From IMG/VR virus record IMGVR_UViG_3300002307_000038, positions 1 to 64,000 of that record: a DNA stretch of 64,000 bases; one strand, given 5' to 3'. Below the pieces are notes generated by a model, which was not told the DNA's origin, did not search any database, and worked only from the letters and a program-made list of their open reading frames with translations. Shown here in pieces: positions 9,646 to 20,198 of the stretch. Positions within the stretch are counted from its first letter, which is position 1, and every line of letters begins with the position of its first letter. Position numbers and translations under genes: made by a program. The DNA comes from a virus.

Positions 9646-10825
9646 GATTGATGGTGCAAAGAAAAAAGCTAAAGTTTCAAGAGATCCTATCTTTTTAGAT
9701 GAAAAGAGTGTAGGTAGTGAACCATTATGGGATACTGAACGTGCTCTTGAAATGGAAGAAAGTGTATTTGATCATCATATGCGAATAAGTCTACGCTACT
9801 ACAACTATTTTTATTCTAGCAAAGAGTTAAAGAAGTATTTGGTAGATTGGTTAAAGCAGACAGCAGGTGTTGCACATCAACTTGATGCTGAAACTATTAC
9901 ACGTTTTGCCAAAAGTACAGATGGGTATACTCCATTAACTGCACCAGCACTTATTAAAGCACATACACAAGGTATGCCACTGTTAGAACGTCATATTAAA
10001 TATCTAATTGGTGTGGTGCATCGTACATTAGAACTAGATGCTGGGGAAGAAAAGGTAGCAGAGGTAATTGAAAAAGCTAAAGCACCAACAGTTAAAGTTC
10101 CTACTATCCAAGACCGTATGAATGAGATTATGAAAACTCATATTCTACACTTTGAAGAACTTGAAGATAGTTTATATGAGGGTAAAACAGTAGAGCCAAA
10201 AGCATACGAATACCTAAGTGGTAAGAGTGTACCACAGGCTATGCTAGGTAAAATACAGTCTATATTTGAACGTCGTTGGGCTGAAATCTTAGAAGCCAAA
10301 ACAACAGATGACGAAGACTTAAAAGAAGCATACTCTTATATGAAAGCCGCAGACTATAAACGCTATGAAGCGTTTTATACTAAACTGTTTGAGGGTATTG
10401 CACAGTACGGACAAGTTAAGAAAGCAACTAAGAAAGCGGCAGTACGTAAACCACCACAGAAAGAAAAACTAGTTAAGAGTCTTAAGTATCTCAAAAACGA
10501 TACAACTTTAAAACTTGTTTCAGTTAGCCCTGTGGATATCATTGGCGCACAGGCTTTGTGGGTATATAACATCAAAACTCGTAAGCTAGGCAAGTATGTG
10601 GCTGAGGATATGGGCGGTGCGTTGGGAGTTAAAGGAACTAGCATCACAGGATTTAACGAAGTTAAGAGTACGCAAAAAACTCTACGTAAACCAGACGAAC
10701 AGTTAAAAACGTTCTTAGCCGCTAACAAGGTTGATGCTCGTAAGTTCATTGACAATATCAAAACTACTGAGATTAAACTTAACGGACGCATTAACGTAGA
10801 CACCATTCTACTTAAGGTAGCCTAA
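9635..10825 (+). CDS. Hypothetical phage protein, basic C-terminal domain
   Basis: 396 aa ORF, AAGGA RBS. Confidence 0.8.
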   Translation: MAIKIDGAKKKAKVSRDPIFLDEKSVGSEPLWDTERALEMEESVFDHHMRISLRYYNYFYSSKELKKYLVDWLKQTAGVAHQLDAETITRFAKSTDGYTPLTAPALIKAHTQGMPLLERHIKYLIGVVHRTLELDAGEEKVAEVIEKAKAPTVKVPTIQDRMNEIMKTHILHFEELEDSLYEGKTVEPKAYEYLSGKSVPQAMLGKIQSIFERRWAEILEAKTTDDEDLKEAYSYMKAADYKRYEAFYTKLFEGIAQYGQVKKATKKAAVRKPPQKEKLVKSLKYLKNDTTLKLVSVSPVDIIGAQALWVYNIKTRKLGKYVAEDMGGALGVKGTSITGFNEVKSTQKTLRKPDEQLKTFLAANKVDARKFIDNIKTTEIKLNGRINVDTILLKVA

Positions 10826-10834
10826 AGCCAAAAC

Positions 10835-10876
10835 TATCCTGTGGTTGAGCATAAATATATGAACAGCTACAGGATA
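10835..10876 (+). promoter_or_regulatory. RBS-sequestering hairpin with late promoter in loop
   Basis: TATCCTGTGGTTG/CAGCTACAGGATA 13-bp stem (2 GU); ATAAATA at 10851-10857; AGGA in 3' arm. Confidence 0.75.
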
Positions 10877-10882
10877 ACTTAA

Positions 10883-11773
10883 ATGGCAACACCAACCGGT
10901 AATTTAACAGCACATCTCAGCCTAACCACTGACAGTCTTTTCAACCCATCAACAGGGTCTGGTGCAGGGCATATTGCATTTGATGCCAGTCAACTTGTTG
11001 CATTAGAGTCTCAAAAGAATACTATTGTTGATTACATTCGCCTACGCTTGGGTGATCAAATCGTAGACGTTGAAGCAGATAAAGAACACTACGAAATGGG
11101 TATTAAACAAGCCCTTATTCGCTATCGTCAAAAGAGTTCTAACAGTGTAGAAGAAAGTTACGCTTTCTTAGATCTACTTCCAGAAACACAAGAATACATC
11201 TTACCACGTGAAATTGAAAACGTTCGCGTTATCTATCGTCGAGGGATTGGTAGTGTAACAGGCACAACAGCTAGTCAGTTTGAACCATTTGCATCAGGGT
11301 ATTTAAACACCTATATGTTGGTAGCAGGTCGTGTTGGTGGACTAACTAACTATGAGCTATTTGTGGACTATCAAAAATTAGCAATGAAGATGTTTGGCGG
11401 TTTTATGAACTTTACATTTAATCGTGTAACTAAGAAACTAACCATTGTACGTAAGATGCCATTTCAAGGTCAGACATATAGCCAAGACTTCAATGAAAGC
11501 GTGCTATTACATATTGACAACTACAAACCGGACGTTGTACTACTAAACGACCCTATGACTTTTCCGTGGATTCAAGACTATGCCTATGCACTAGTTATGA
11601 TGAGCATTGGTCAAGCACGTGAAAAATTTGGTACTATCAATGGGCCACAAGGCGGAACTAACCTAAACGGTACTGCACTTAAACAAGAAGGTGCAGAGTT
11701 ACTTAAAGATCTAGACGAACAGATTAAAAACTATGTTGACGGCGGCACTCCGTTGACTTGGTTAATGGGTTAA
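10883..11773 (+). CDS. Neck protein (T4 gp13-like)
   Basis: YIRLRLG...VE, WIQDYA.A...G.AREKF, GG..LNG motifs. Confidence 0.75.
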   Translation: MATPTGNLTAHLSLTTDSLFNPSTGSGAGHIAFDASQLVALESQKNTIVDYIRLRLGDQIVDVEADKEHYEMGIKQALIRYRQKSSNSVEESYAFLDLLPETQEYILPREIENVRVIYRRGIGSVTGTTASQFEPFASGYLNTYMLVAGRVGGLTNYELFVDYQKLAMKMFGGFMNFTFNRVTKKLTIVRKMPFQGQTYSQDFNESVLLHIDNYKPDVVLLNDPMTFPWIQDYAYALVMMSIGQAREKFGTINGPQGGTNLNGTALKQEGAELLKDLDEQIKNYVDGGTPLTWLMG

Positions 11774-11788
11774 CATCTTACCAAACTG

Positions 11789-12487
11789 CTAGAGTATTTT
11801 AGCAAGCCACTTATTAAAGCGCCCCAGTGTTAGCTCTTTCTTATCGACAATTCTACAAACTACTTTAGTTTTAGGAACACCTTTAAGTTTAGAAAATATA
11901 TCCTTAAGTATCTGTGGATTATCCTGTCTATTACACCATCTATTAAAGTGTGACAAGCACATTTCTTTTTTATCTTTTATACGACATAAAACTTTAGGTT
12001 GAGGAACACCTTTCTTTGCTTTGGAAACGTTTGGCTTAGGTACACCTTTTGTTGCTAACGAATGTTTTGGATTTGGTTTTCCTTTTCTGGCAGCTGACAT
12101 TTTAGCACAATATTCTGCAGATCTAACTATTCCTGTTAATGCTTTTGAAATTTTTTCTCGATGAGCAGGAGATTGTGCCTTACCACCTTGATAGTTAAAT
12201 TTTCCATTATTGTTATGCTCGTTGTAACTTAGCGGATTATTAGCCGCATCTAACGAACTTAAATAAGTTGCTTCAAGGGCTCGCATGGATACAGGAGTAC
12301 CAACACCTAAAATTTCTCTAATCCAATTAGACGAATTTTCTAATATTAACATTTTAACTTTGTTACTAGAACAAATATACCCGTCAGTTAAGTGGCATCC
12401 TTTTGCTGTGCGAGACCCGATATACCACATCCCTGTAGGAACGTGAATCCATTTATATACAAATGCTTGAGATTGGTAAACTTTCAT
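11789..12487 (-). CDS. Free-standing GIY-YIG (Seg-like) homing endonuclease with NUMOD-like repeats
   Basis: FVYKW...TGMWYIGSR N-terminus; H.EKISKAL and KGVP repeats; antisense insertion; TATAAATA 8 nt before ATG. Confidence 0.75.
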   Translation of the reverse strand: MKVYQSQAFVYKWIHVPTGMWYIGSRTAKGCHLTDGYICSSNKVKMLILENSSNWIREILGVGTPVSMRALEATYLSSLDAANNPLSYNEHNNNGKFNYQGGKAQSPAHREKISKALTGIVRSAEYCAKMSAARKGKPNPKHSLATKGVPKPNVSKAKKGVPQPKVLCRIKDKKEMCLSHFNRWCNRQDNPQILKDIFSKLKGVPKTKVVCRIVDKKELTLGRFNKWLAKIL

Positions 12488-12557
12488 GACTATAATATTT
12501 ATACAATTATTGACAAAAATAAATATTCGTATATAATAAGACTATAAGGGGAAAACT

Positions 12558-13253
12558 ATGATTATTGCTATTTGTGGATTTCAGGGCGCAGGGAAAGATA
12601 CTATTGCTGACTATTTACAGAACTTTGCAGGATTTAGAAGAGAAAGTTTTGCCAACAGCCTTAAAGACGCTGTGAGCGTAGTGTTTGGCTGGGACCGTGA
12701 GATGTTAGAAGGTCGCACCAAACAAAGCCGTGAGTGGCGCGAAACCAAAGACGAGTGGTGGAGTAAACGCTTAAAGCAAGATATTACACCACGGTATGTT
12801 CTACAGTACTGGGGAACTGAAGTTATCCGTAGAGGGTTTCACAATGACATGTGGGTAGCAAGCCTTGAAAATCGTTTACTTACTAGTAAAGACGATATTG
12901 TTATTACAGACTGTCGTTTTCCTAACGAAATTAAAGCACTTAAAAACATAGGTGCTACGATACTCAGAGTTAAACGCGGACCAGAACCAGAGTGGTACAA
13001 TGATGCTAAAAGTATGAATAAAGGTGCTAGTCGTAATATGAGCTGGGCATTAAGTAAACATCGTATAGAAGAGTTGGGCATCCATGCTAGCGAAACTGCG
13101 TGGGTTGGTAGTAAGTTTGATGCAGTGATAACCAACGATAGTACTGTAGATGACTTATATGCTAGTGTTGAGGCATTACTAGCTAAAAGTCCGGCACCAG
13201 ATCACCATGCTTCCACCCAAGCCCCTCGCGAGCTATCTCATACTGACAGTTAG
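12558..13253 (+). CDS. Deoxynucleoside monophosphate kinase (T4 gp1-like)
   Basis: GFQGAGKDT P-loop, SFA..LK, TPR..LQ.WGTE, DCRFPNE, HASE. Confidence 0.9.
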   Translation: MIIAICGFQGAGKDTIADYLQNFAGFRRESFANSLKDAVSVVFGWDREMLEGRTKQSREWRETKDEWWSKRLKQDITPRYVLQYWGTEVIRRGFHNDMWVASLENRLLTSKDDIVITDCRFPNEIKALKNIGATILRVKRGPEPEWYNDAKSMNKGASRNMSWALSKHRIEELGIHASETAWVGSKFDAVITNDSTVDDLYASVEALLAKSPAPDHHASTQAPRELSHTDS

Positions 13254-13533
13254 CGCAAACAGTTCTTAGATTTAGATGGCTATTGTTGTTTAAATTACCA
13301 TCTATGTGATAGACAAACAACTGTTCTTTGTACTTAGACTTAAAACCACACTTTTCGCAGTGTGGTTTCTTTTTGTACCCTGCAAGTAACCACGCTGGTT
13401 TTTGTACGGGTAATTTCTTTTTCTTTCTGATACAACTGTCACAGCGACTTCTATAATAGGTTTTATCACCTTGTTTATAGTTGACCGCCACTGGCTTTTT
13501 GCCACAAACGGTACATAAAGATCGCCATTGCAT
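13183..13533 (-). CDS. Zn-finger/HNH-like small protein
   Basis: CxxC pairs, HIDGNLNNN...NL..VCANC. Confidence 0.7.
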   Translation of the reverse strand: MQWRSLCTVCGKKPVAVNYKQGDKTYYRSRCDSCIRKKKKLPVQKPAWLLAGYKKKPHCEKCGFKSKYKEQLFVYHIDGNLNNNSHLNLRTVCANCQYEIAREGLGWKHGDLVPDF

Positions 13534-13633
13534 ATGGTATTTAGCGTGAACCTTTCAAAGGGCGCCTTAACACACCAAAAATCCAAAATACTTATAAATA
13601 GTTTTAAGTAACCTATTTAAAGGAACAGACACT

Positions 13634-16600
13634 ATGGCATCATTAACTTCTCCAGGCGTATCAGTTAGTATTATTGATCAAAGTCAATATACACCTACTG
13701 CGGCTGGTTCTATCGCATACGTTTTGTTAGCAACCGCTCAAGACAAAATGACTCCTAGCAACACCGTTGCAACAGGAACAACACTAGCTAACGCTGGTAA
13801 ATTAATTACAGTAACTAGTCAACGTGATTTAGTTAACATGTTTGGTACTCCAACATTCCAAGTGGATGCAGCTGGTAACCCAATCAATGGTAGCGAATTA
13901 AACGAATATGGCTTGTTATCTGCTTACAGCGCATTAGGCGTTTCAAATCAACTTTATGTACAACGTGCAGATGTTGACTTAAATCAATTACAAGGCACTT
14001 CAGTACGTCCAACTGGTGATCCAGTAGACGGTACATACTGGTTAGATCTTGCTAACACAAATTTTGGTGTTTATGAGTGGGATCAAGACGCAGGCTTTAC
14101 ATTAAAGAGCCCAGCTATTGTAGTTACACAACAATCACAAACAGTTACAGATCCAAGTGGTGATACAACACTACTAGCACCAATCCAATCATTAGGTGCA
14201 ATTGGCGACTACGCTGTAGTAGCATTAGGTCTAAGTGTAGCTAACGTTACACAAGTTCCAGTATGGTACAAAAACTACAAAAATACTTGGGTATTAGTAG
14301 GTAGCAACGCATGGAAAGCTTCATGGCCTACTATCGTTGGTACAAACGCTAACCCAGGCAACTTAGTAGCTGGTACTGACAAAATGACTATTAACGGTCA
14401 AGCAATTACATTAAGCCACTCAACAGTAGCAGGTATTGCAAATGACCTAGGTACTTCTATTCCAGGTTTAACATTCGTAGCAAGCACAACTGGTCAACTA
14501 CAAATTTACGTAGACGGCACAGCAATGAGCGACGGTGCAAACGTTGATGGTAAATTATCAATCACAACAGGTTCGCCAGATGCTGCAACTAAACTAGGTC
14601 TATTACAAACAGTTAACGGTGGTACTAACCAAGTAGGTAATACATGGACATATTATGGCCCAACAGTGGCTTTTGCTCCATACACAGGTAATCCAGCATG
14701 GAGAACTACAGACACAGTTACACGTCCTTATGGTTCAGTTTGGTTTAAAACATCTGGTACAGGTAACGGCGCAAGCTGGGCACTTAAAGAATACAGTAGC
14801 ACATTAGGTTCATGGAATGTATTGGCTGCTCCTTTATATAGTTCAGATACAACAGCGGTTCAAGGCTTAGATGCAGTAGGCGGTGGCGCTGGTCTACCAA
14901 TTGGTACACTATATGTAAAATACGATACATTAGCAACTAACACAGGTTCATTCCAACCATATGTTAAAAATATTGCTGGTGTAACTAAAGTAACAGGTAC
15001 AGCAAATGCTTATGCTCAAACGTTCTCAGTTAGCGATGCATTTACATTAGAAGTTTCAGTTCCAGGTTCATCAAATACACAGTCAGCTTCGATTGTATTA
15101 ACAGGAACATCAGCAACTAGCCTAGTAGGTCAAATTTTAAGTGCAGGTTTACCAAACTTAAGAGCTGTTATTGAAACTAGTGGTTCAATTAGCCTATCAC
15201 ACCTAGCTGGTGGTACTATTAAGATCACAGAAACAACAGGTCATCCATTACGTACAGCAGGTATTACATTTAGTGCTGCTGTGGCAAATGTTGGTAACGT
15301 ACAAAAACTATCAAGTACAGTATTCTTGATTAGCCCATTTGTATCATTAGACTACTTTGCACAAACTACAGCACCATTTAGTAACCCAGCAGATGGTCAA
15401 CTATGGTACTACAGCAACCCATTAGATGTTGATATTATGATCAACGATGGTAGCGCATGGAAAGGTTATGCTACAGTTCTTAATGATGCACGCGGTTATG
15501 ATCTATCAGAAACAGATCCAAACGGTGTTATCTTAAGTGCTTCACAACCAGTAACACAAAGCGGTGGTGCAAGTTTAGTATCAGGAGATTTATGGATTGA
15601 TACAAGCGATCTTGACAATTACCCAATGCTTTATCGTTACAACGAAACAACTAAAGCATGGACATTAATTGACAAGACAGACAGCATTAGTTCAAATGGC
15701 TTAGTATTTGCAGATGCACGTTGGTCATACAATGACTCAACAAATCCAATTACAGATGGATTACCAGCAATTACTACATTATTAACAAGTAGCTATGTTG
15801 ATACAGATTGCCCAGACTATCGTTTATATGCACGTGGAACATTGTTGTTCAATACACGTCGTAGCGGTTACGGTGTTAAGAAATTTGAAAGCACATACTT
15901 TGCTGACAAACCATATGTAGCAGGTACTTATGATGTTACAAACTTAGGATACACAGCAGGTGCTTTACCGACACAGTTAGGCGCATGGGTAAGTCACGAT
16001 GGTCAAGACCCAACAACAGGTATTCCATACTTTGGTCATAAAGCACAACGTTCAGTGGTTGTAGAAGCAATGAAAGCTGCTATTGCATCAAGCACAGAAC
16101 TACGTGAAGAGCAAACACAGTTTAACCTAATTGTTGCTCCTGGTTATCCAGAATTGATCCAAGACATGGTTACATTAAACAATGATCGTAAAGATACAGC
16201 GTTTATTATTGGTGACACACCATTAGACCTAAGCTCAGATGCAACAACATTACAAAACTACATCACTAACGCAGGTTTAGCTGCAGACAACGGTGAGTTA
16301 GGTTTAGTAACACACAGCGAATACCTAGGTGTTTACTATCCAGCAGGTCTAGCAACAAACTTAGATGGCAACTCAGTAGTTGTTCCAGCAAGTCACATGA
16401 TGCTACGTACATACATCCGTAGTGATGCTGTAAGTTATCCATGGTTTGCACCAGCTGGTGTGCGTCGTGGCGTAATTGACAATGTTAGCTCAATTGGTTA
16501 TATTGATATAAACAATAAAAATACATTCCGTACTATTGGTGTAACTAATGGCCTACGTGATGTGTTATACGCTAACGAAGTTAACCCAATTACAGTATTA

Positions 16601-16981
16601 CCAGGGGTTGGTATTGTTGCTTATGGTCAAAAAACACGTGCATCAACAACTTCAGCAATGGATCGCGTAAACGTAGCTCGATTAGTATGTTACCTACGTA
16701 CAATCCTTGGTCAAGTTGCGGCACCGTTCATCTTTGAACCAAACGACACTATTACACGTAACCAAGTACAAGCGGCATTTAATTCAGTGCTAAATGACTT
16801 AGTTGCTAAACGTGGTATTTACGACTACTTAGTAGTATGTGATGGTACAAATAATACTCCAGATCGTATTGATCGTAACGAACTATGGGTAGATATTGCA
16901 ATTCAACCAGTTAAAGCTATTGAATTCATTTATATCCCAGTACGTTTACAAAATACAGGGGCAGCTTTAACAGTTAAATAA
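13634..16981 (+). CDS. Contractile tail sheath protein (gp18-like)
   Basis: N-terminal SPGVSV.IID.S; C-terminal PWFAPAG..RG, NPI, G.KT, RVNVARL, FEPND, CD..NNTP..IDRNEL. Confidence 0.95.
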   Translation: MASLTSPGVSVSIIDQSQYTPTAAGSIAYVLLATAQDKMTPSNTVATGTTLANAGKLITVTSQRDLVNMFGTPTFQVDAAGNPINGSELNEYGLLSAYSALGVSNQLYVQRADVDLNQLQGTSVRPTGDPVDGTYWLDLANTNFGVYEWDQDAGFTLKSPAIVVTQQSQTVTDPSGDTTLLAPIQSLGAIGDYAVVALGLSVANVTQVPVWYKNYKNTWVLVGSNAWKASWPTIVGTNANPGNLVAGTDKMTINGQAITLSHSTVAGIANDLGTSIPGLTFVASTTGQLQIYVDGTAMSDGANVDGKLSITTGSPDAATKLGLLQTVNGGTNQVGNTWTYYGPTVAFAPYTGNPAWRTTDTVTRPYGSVWFKTSGTGNGASWALKEYSSTLGSWNVLAAPLYSSDTTAVQGLDAVGGGAGLPIGTLYVKYDTLATNTGSFQPYVKNIAGVTKVTGTANAYAQTFSVSDAFTLEVSVPGSSNTQSASIVLTGTSATSLVGQILSAGLPNLRAVIETSGSISLSHLAGGTIKITETTGHPLRTAGITFSAAVANVGNVQKLSSTVFLISPFVSLDYFAQTTAPFSNPADGQLWYYSNPLDVDIMINDGSAWKGYATVLNDARGYDLSETDPNGVILSASQPVTQSGGASLVSGDLWIDTSDLDNYPMLYRYNETTKAWTLIDKTDSISSNGLVFADARWSYNDSTNPITDGLPAITTLLTSSYVDTDCPDYRLYARGTLLFNTRRSGYGVKKFESTYFADKPYVAGTYDVTNLGYTAGALPTQLGAWVSHDGQDPTTGIPYFGHKAQRSVVVEAMKAAIASSTELREEQTQFNLIVAPGYPELIQDMVTLNNDRKDTAFIIGDTPLDLSSDATTLQNYITNAGLAADNGELGLVTHSEYLGVYYPAGLATNLDGNSVVVPASHMMLRTYIRSDAVSYPWFAPAGVRRGVIDNVSSIGYIDINNKNTFRTIGVTNGLRDVLYANEVNPITVLPGVGIVAYGQKTRASTTSAMDRVNVARLVCYLRTILGQVAAPFIFEPNDTITRNQVQAAFNSVLNDLVAKRGIYDYLVVCDGTNNTPDRIDRNELWVDIAIQPVKAIEFIYIPVRLQNTGAALTVK

Positions 16982-17071
16982 CTTAATCTTAATATACGCA
17001 GTTAATGGGGTTTTAGGCCCCATAGCTGTGTAGTAAGAAAAAGCTAAATATATAAAAGAAGGAATAATAAG

Positions 17072-17689
17072 ATGGCAACATCATCATTAAGCAAATTTAC
17101 AGTACCATTAGCAACAAGCTCAAGTGCTTCTGCACAAGGCTTGTTAATGCCAAAATTAAAGTTTCGCTTTCGCGTAACGTTTTTAAACTTTGGCGTAACT
17201 CAGCCATCAACTGAGCTTACAAAACAAGTTATGGATTTTAAGCGTCCAACATTAACGTTTGACCCAATTGAAATCCCTGTTTACAACAGTAAAGTTTACT
17301 ATGCTGGTAAACCAACTTGGGAAGTTGTTACATGTCAACTACGTGATGATGCAGGTGGTGAAGTTGCTAAACGTGTTGGCGAACAGCTACAAAAACAATT
17401 CGACTTTATGGAACAAAGTTCTGCAGCAAGCGGTATCGATTACAAATTCCAAACTAACTTTGAAGTACTTGACGGCGGTAACGGCGCAAGCACTCCAAAC
17501 GTTCTTGAAACTTGGGAAATGTATGGTTGCTTCTTAACATCAGTGGATTACGGTAATGCTGAGTATAGCTCAAACGATCCAATGACAATGACATTAAGCA
17601 TCCGTTACGACAACGCTATCCAAACACCAGTAGGTAATGGTGTAGGTGCTGTAGTAGCAAGAACAGTTGGTTCAGTAATCACTGGCTAA
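17072..17689 (+). CDS. Tail tube protein (gp19-like)
   Basis: Follows sheath; RP...F......YNSK.YYAGK.TW, W...GCF, L.IRYDNA. Confidence 0.85.
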   Translation: MATSSLSKFTVPLATSSSASAQGLLMPKLKFRFRVTFLNFGVTQPSTELTKQVMDFKRPTLTFDPIEIPVYNSKVYYAGKPTWEVVTCQLRDDAGGEVAKRVGEQLQKQFDFMEQSSAASGIDYKFQTNFEVLDGGNGASTPNVLETWEMYGCFLTSVDYGNAEYSSNDPMTMTLSIRYDNAIQTPVGNGVGAVVARTVGSVITG

Positions 17690-17710
17690 TCCAGACGAAA
17701 AGTATAAACT

Positions 17711-17738
17711 AAGCCCAGAATATTCTGGGCTTTTTTTT
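17711..17738 (+). terminator. Rho-independent terminator
   Basis: AAGCCCAGAA-TA-TTCTGGGCTT followed by T run. Confidence 0.9.
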
Positions 17739-17767
17739 CGGATAAATATTATATATAGGAAACACAG

Positions 17768-18859
17768 ATGTCTACTGGATTTTTAAACCAATTTTTAAGT
17801 GGCTTTGGCGCAGATAATGTAAAAGATTACAAACATGCGGCCAAGACCTTTGTTGATGGTCTTTACAGACTAAGTCCAAAAACACAGGCATTATTTCACG
17901 TGTTTATTGAACTTAATCCAGCTGTAGCTCGAGTTGACCCACAGAATCCAATGAGCAATTATGAAATTGGTCTATTAGCTAAGACAGCACAGTTACCTAA
18001 GTTTACTGTGGCAAACAAAGTATACAATGCTTATAACAGAAAAAACATAGTACAAGAAAAAATTAACTATGATCCATTGACACTTACATTCCATGATGAT
18101 AGTAGCAACGTAATACGTAATTTTTGGGCAGGTTACTATGGCCACTACTACAGAGATGCAGACCATTCAGCGGCTTCATACAACCAAGATTACAAATATG
18201 TACCTAGACAAGAAAAGAATTGGGGATATAGTCCTAGTTACTCTGGTCCTGGTGCACCTAACTATATCAATGCTATCCGCATTTATAGTCTAAGCCAAAA
18301 ACAATTTAGCAGTTACATCTTATTTAGACCAACAATTACAGCATTTGCACACGGTACACATACTCAAGGTGAGTATGCACCATTGGAACACTCGATGACC
18401 TTTGCATATGAAGCTGTACAATACGAATATGGTTCAGTTAGAAATGGCACCGTGATTGGATTTGATGTAGCACACTACGATAATAGTCCTAGTCCGATTG
18501 GCGGATCATTGGGTGGCCTACAAAATCTTAATGCCATTGTCAGTGACACTAGTCAAGTAATTAAAAGTGTTCAAAATGGCAGTATAGCAGGTGCTATATC
18601 TGGAGCATTAAACGGTATTAGTGCGGTAATGGGCACAGGTCCGCAGACTGGACTAATACCAAATCCAAGTCTAAACCTATCACAAGTTGGATCTAGTATA
18701 TTGCAGGGTCAAAATACACAAAGCACAGTATTTGTACCTACAGCAAGTAGTGTACAAGCAGGTATGTCACGTGCAACTACTCCAATACCGACGTCGGGTC
18801 TAGGTGGCGCTGTTAATATTAATACGCAAAACCAATTACTTAGCCTACTATTACCATAG
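17768..18859 (+). CDS. Tube-fold baseplate/tube initiator protein (gp54/gp48-like)
   Basis: LPKF...YNRK......Y.P..LTFHDD tube-like fold; position after tube gene. Confidence 0.55.
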   Translation: MSTGFLNQFLSGFGADNVKDYKHAAKTFVDGLYRLSPKTQALFHVFIELNPAVARVDPQNPMSNYEIGLLAKTAQLPKFTVANKVYNAYNRKNIVQEKINYDPLTLTFHDDSSNVIRNFWAGYYGHYYRDADHSAASYNQDYKYVPRQEKNWGYSPSYSGPGAPNYINAIRIYSLSQKQFSSYILFRPTITAFAHGTHTQGEYAPLEHSMTFAYEAVQYEYGSVRNGTVIGFDVAHYDNSPSPIGGSLGGLQNLNAIVSDTSQVIKSVQNGSIAGAISGALNGISAVMGTGPQTGLIPNPSLNLSQVGSSILQGQNTQSTVFVPTASSVQAGMSRATTPIPTSGLGGAVNINTQNQLLSLLLP

Positions 18860-18867
18860 GAACAGAT

Positions 18868-19230
18868 ATGATTTTTGGAAACTTACCTCCAGCAGCACCT
18901 AATAATCCTACTACAAATTACTTTGATAATTTCTTTAATACTACCAATGGGGTTAGTGCTAATATAGATGATGCGGTTATTGCATACTTTCAAAAGATCA
19001 CTGGTGATAAAGACAGTGGAACGACTTTAGCGGCGGCTGTGATCTATGCGGCTGTACAGCAAAACATGGATCCAATGTTATTAGTAGAAGAATTTAACAA
19101 ATTAAACCCGGGTGAGCTTAATGCTTATCTAACAATGTTCTTAAATGTTAATAGAGTTAGTACTAGTCTATTAGGTTTAAGTAACAGTCCACAAACTAAC
19201 AAATATATCACAAGAGCGATTTTACCATAA
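18868..19230 (+). CDS. Hypothetical virion-associated protein
   Basis: ORF in late operon. Confidence 0.7.
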   Translation: MIFGNLPPAAPNNPTTNYFDNFFNTTNGVSANIDDAVIAYFQKITGDKDSGTTLAAAVIYAAVQQNMDPMLLVEEFNKLNPGELNAYLTMFLNVNRVSTSLLGLSNSPQTNKYITRAILP

Positions 19231-19661
19231 TGGCCAAGTATGCTCAAGGCAAATATCAAATAAAGAACCCTGCAAAGTATGTAGGTAGAAAAAGTCCTAC
19301 ATATCGTAGTAGCTGGGAGTTTACCTTTATGAGCTTTTGCGATAACAATCCTGCTGTGATTAATTGGGCTAGTGAAGCTATTACTATACCTTATTTTAAT
19401 CCAGTTAAGGGTAAACAAACAATATATGTTCCTGATTTCTTAATAGTATATGTAGATGCTAACCAAAAGCAACATACAGAACTAGTAGAAATTAAACCTA
19501 GTACAGAAGTAACCATGGAATCAGCTAAAAGCTATCGTGATAAACTAATGGTAGCTATCAACATGGCCAAATGGGCCGCCGCAGATAATTGGGCTCGTGC
19601 CAATAACATGCGTTTTAGAGTTGTTACCGAGTTTGACATATTCAAAAACATGAAACGGTAA
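19230..19661 (+). CDS. Head completion nuclease (T4 gp4-like, TnsA-type)
   Basis: KNP.KY.G, YRSSWE..FM..CD, W.SE...IPY, Y.PDF, EIKP, N.AKW.AA. Confidence 0.9.
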   Translation: MAKYAQGKYQIKNPAKYVGRKSPTYRSSWEFTFMSFCDNNPAVINWASEAITIPYFNPVKGKQTIYVPDFLIVYVDANQKQHTELVEIKPSTEVTMESAKSYRDKLMVAINMAKWAAADNWARANNMRFRVVTEFDIFKNMKR

Positions 19662-19671
19662 ATAGTTTACT

Positions 19672-20178
19672 ATGACCCAAAAACTTGAAGAATTATTTAA
19701 CCTACCTCCAAACTCTTCAGATGATGCTACTGTAGAACAAGCAGAGCATACCATTGAAGAAAATCGTGCAATTATAGAAGAAGTTGACAGCGCAATTGAT
19801 AAAATTGACGCCGCACTACCTTTTGTTGCAGATTTAGACACTAGCGATAAAGAACTAGATGATCTAAGTGACCTTGCTAAAGAAAAATTCCAGGACCTAA
19901 TTGATCTGGGCATGAACGTTGAAGCACGCTTTAGCGGACACATCTTAGCCACAGCAGGTACCCTACTAGGACATGCTATTACAGCCAAGCAGGCTAAACT
20001 AGATAAGAAGCTACGTATGGTAGATCTACAACTTAAAAAGATGCGTTTAGACCAGCAAGCGGCTAAAGATGCACAAAAAACCGATGGCGATAAGCTAATA
20101 GATGCAGAAGATGGCAAGGGTGTTATCCTTGATCGTAACGAATTACTTAAGCAAATCTTAGGCAAATCAGATAAATAA
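19672..20178 (+). CDS. Coiled-coil protein, possible terminase small subunit
   Basis: Helical 168 aa protein in packaging region; function by inference only. Confidence 0.35.
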   Translation: MTQKLEELFNLPPNSSDDATVEQAEHTIEENRAIIEEVDSAIDKIDAALPFVADLDTSDKELDDLSDLAKEKFQDLIDLGMNVEARFSGHILATAGTLLGHAITAKQAKLDKKLRMVDLQLKKMRLDQQAAKDAQKTDGDKLIDAEDGKGVILDRNELLKQILGKSDK

Positions 20179-20198
20179 CACTAATAGGATACCAAAGA

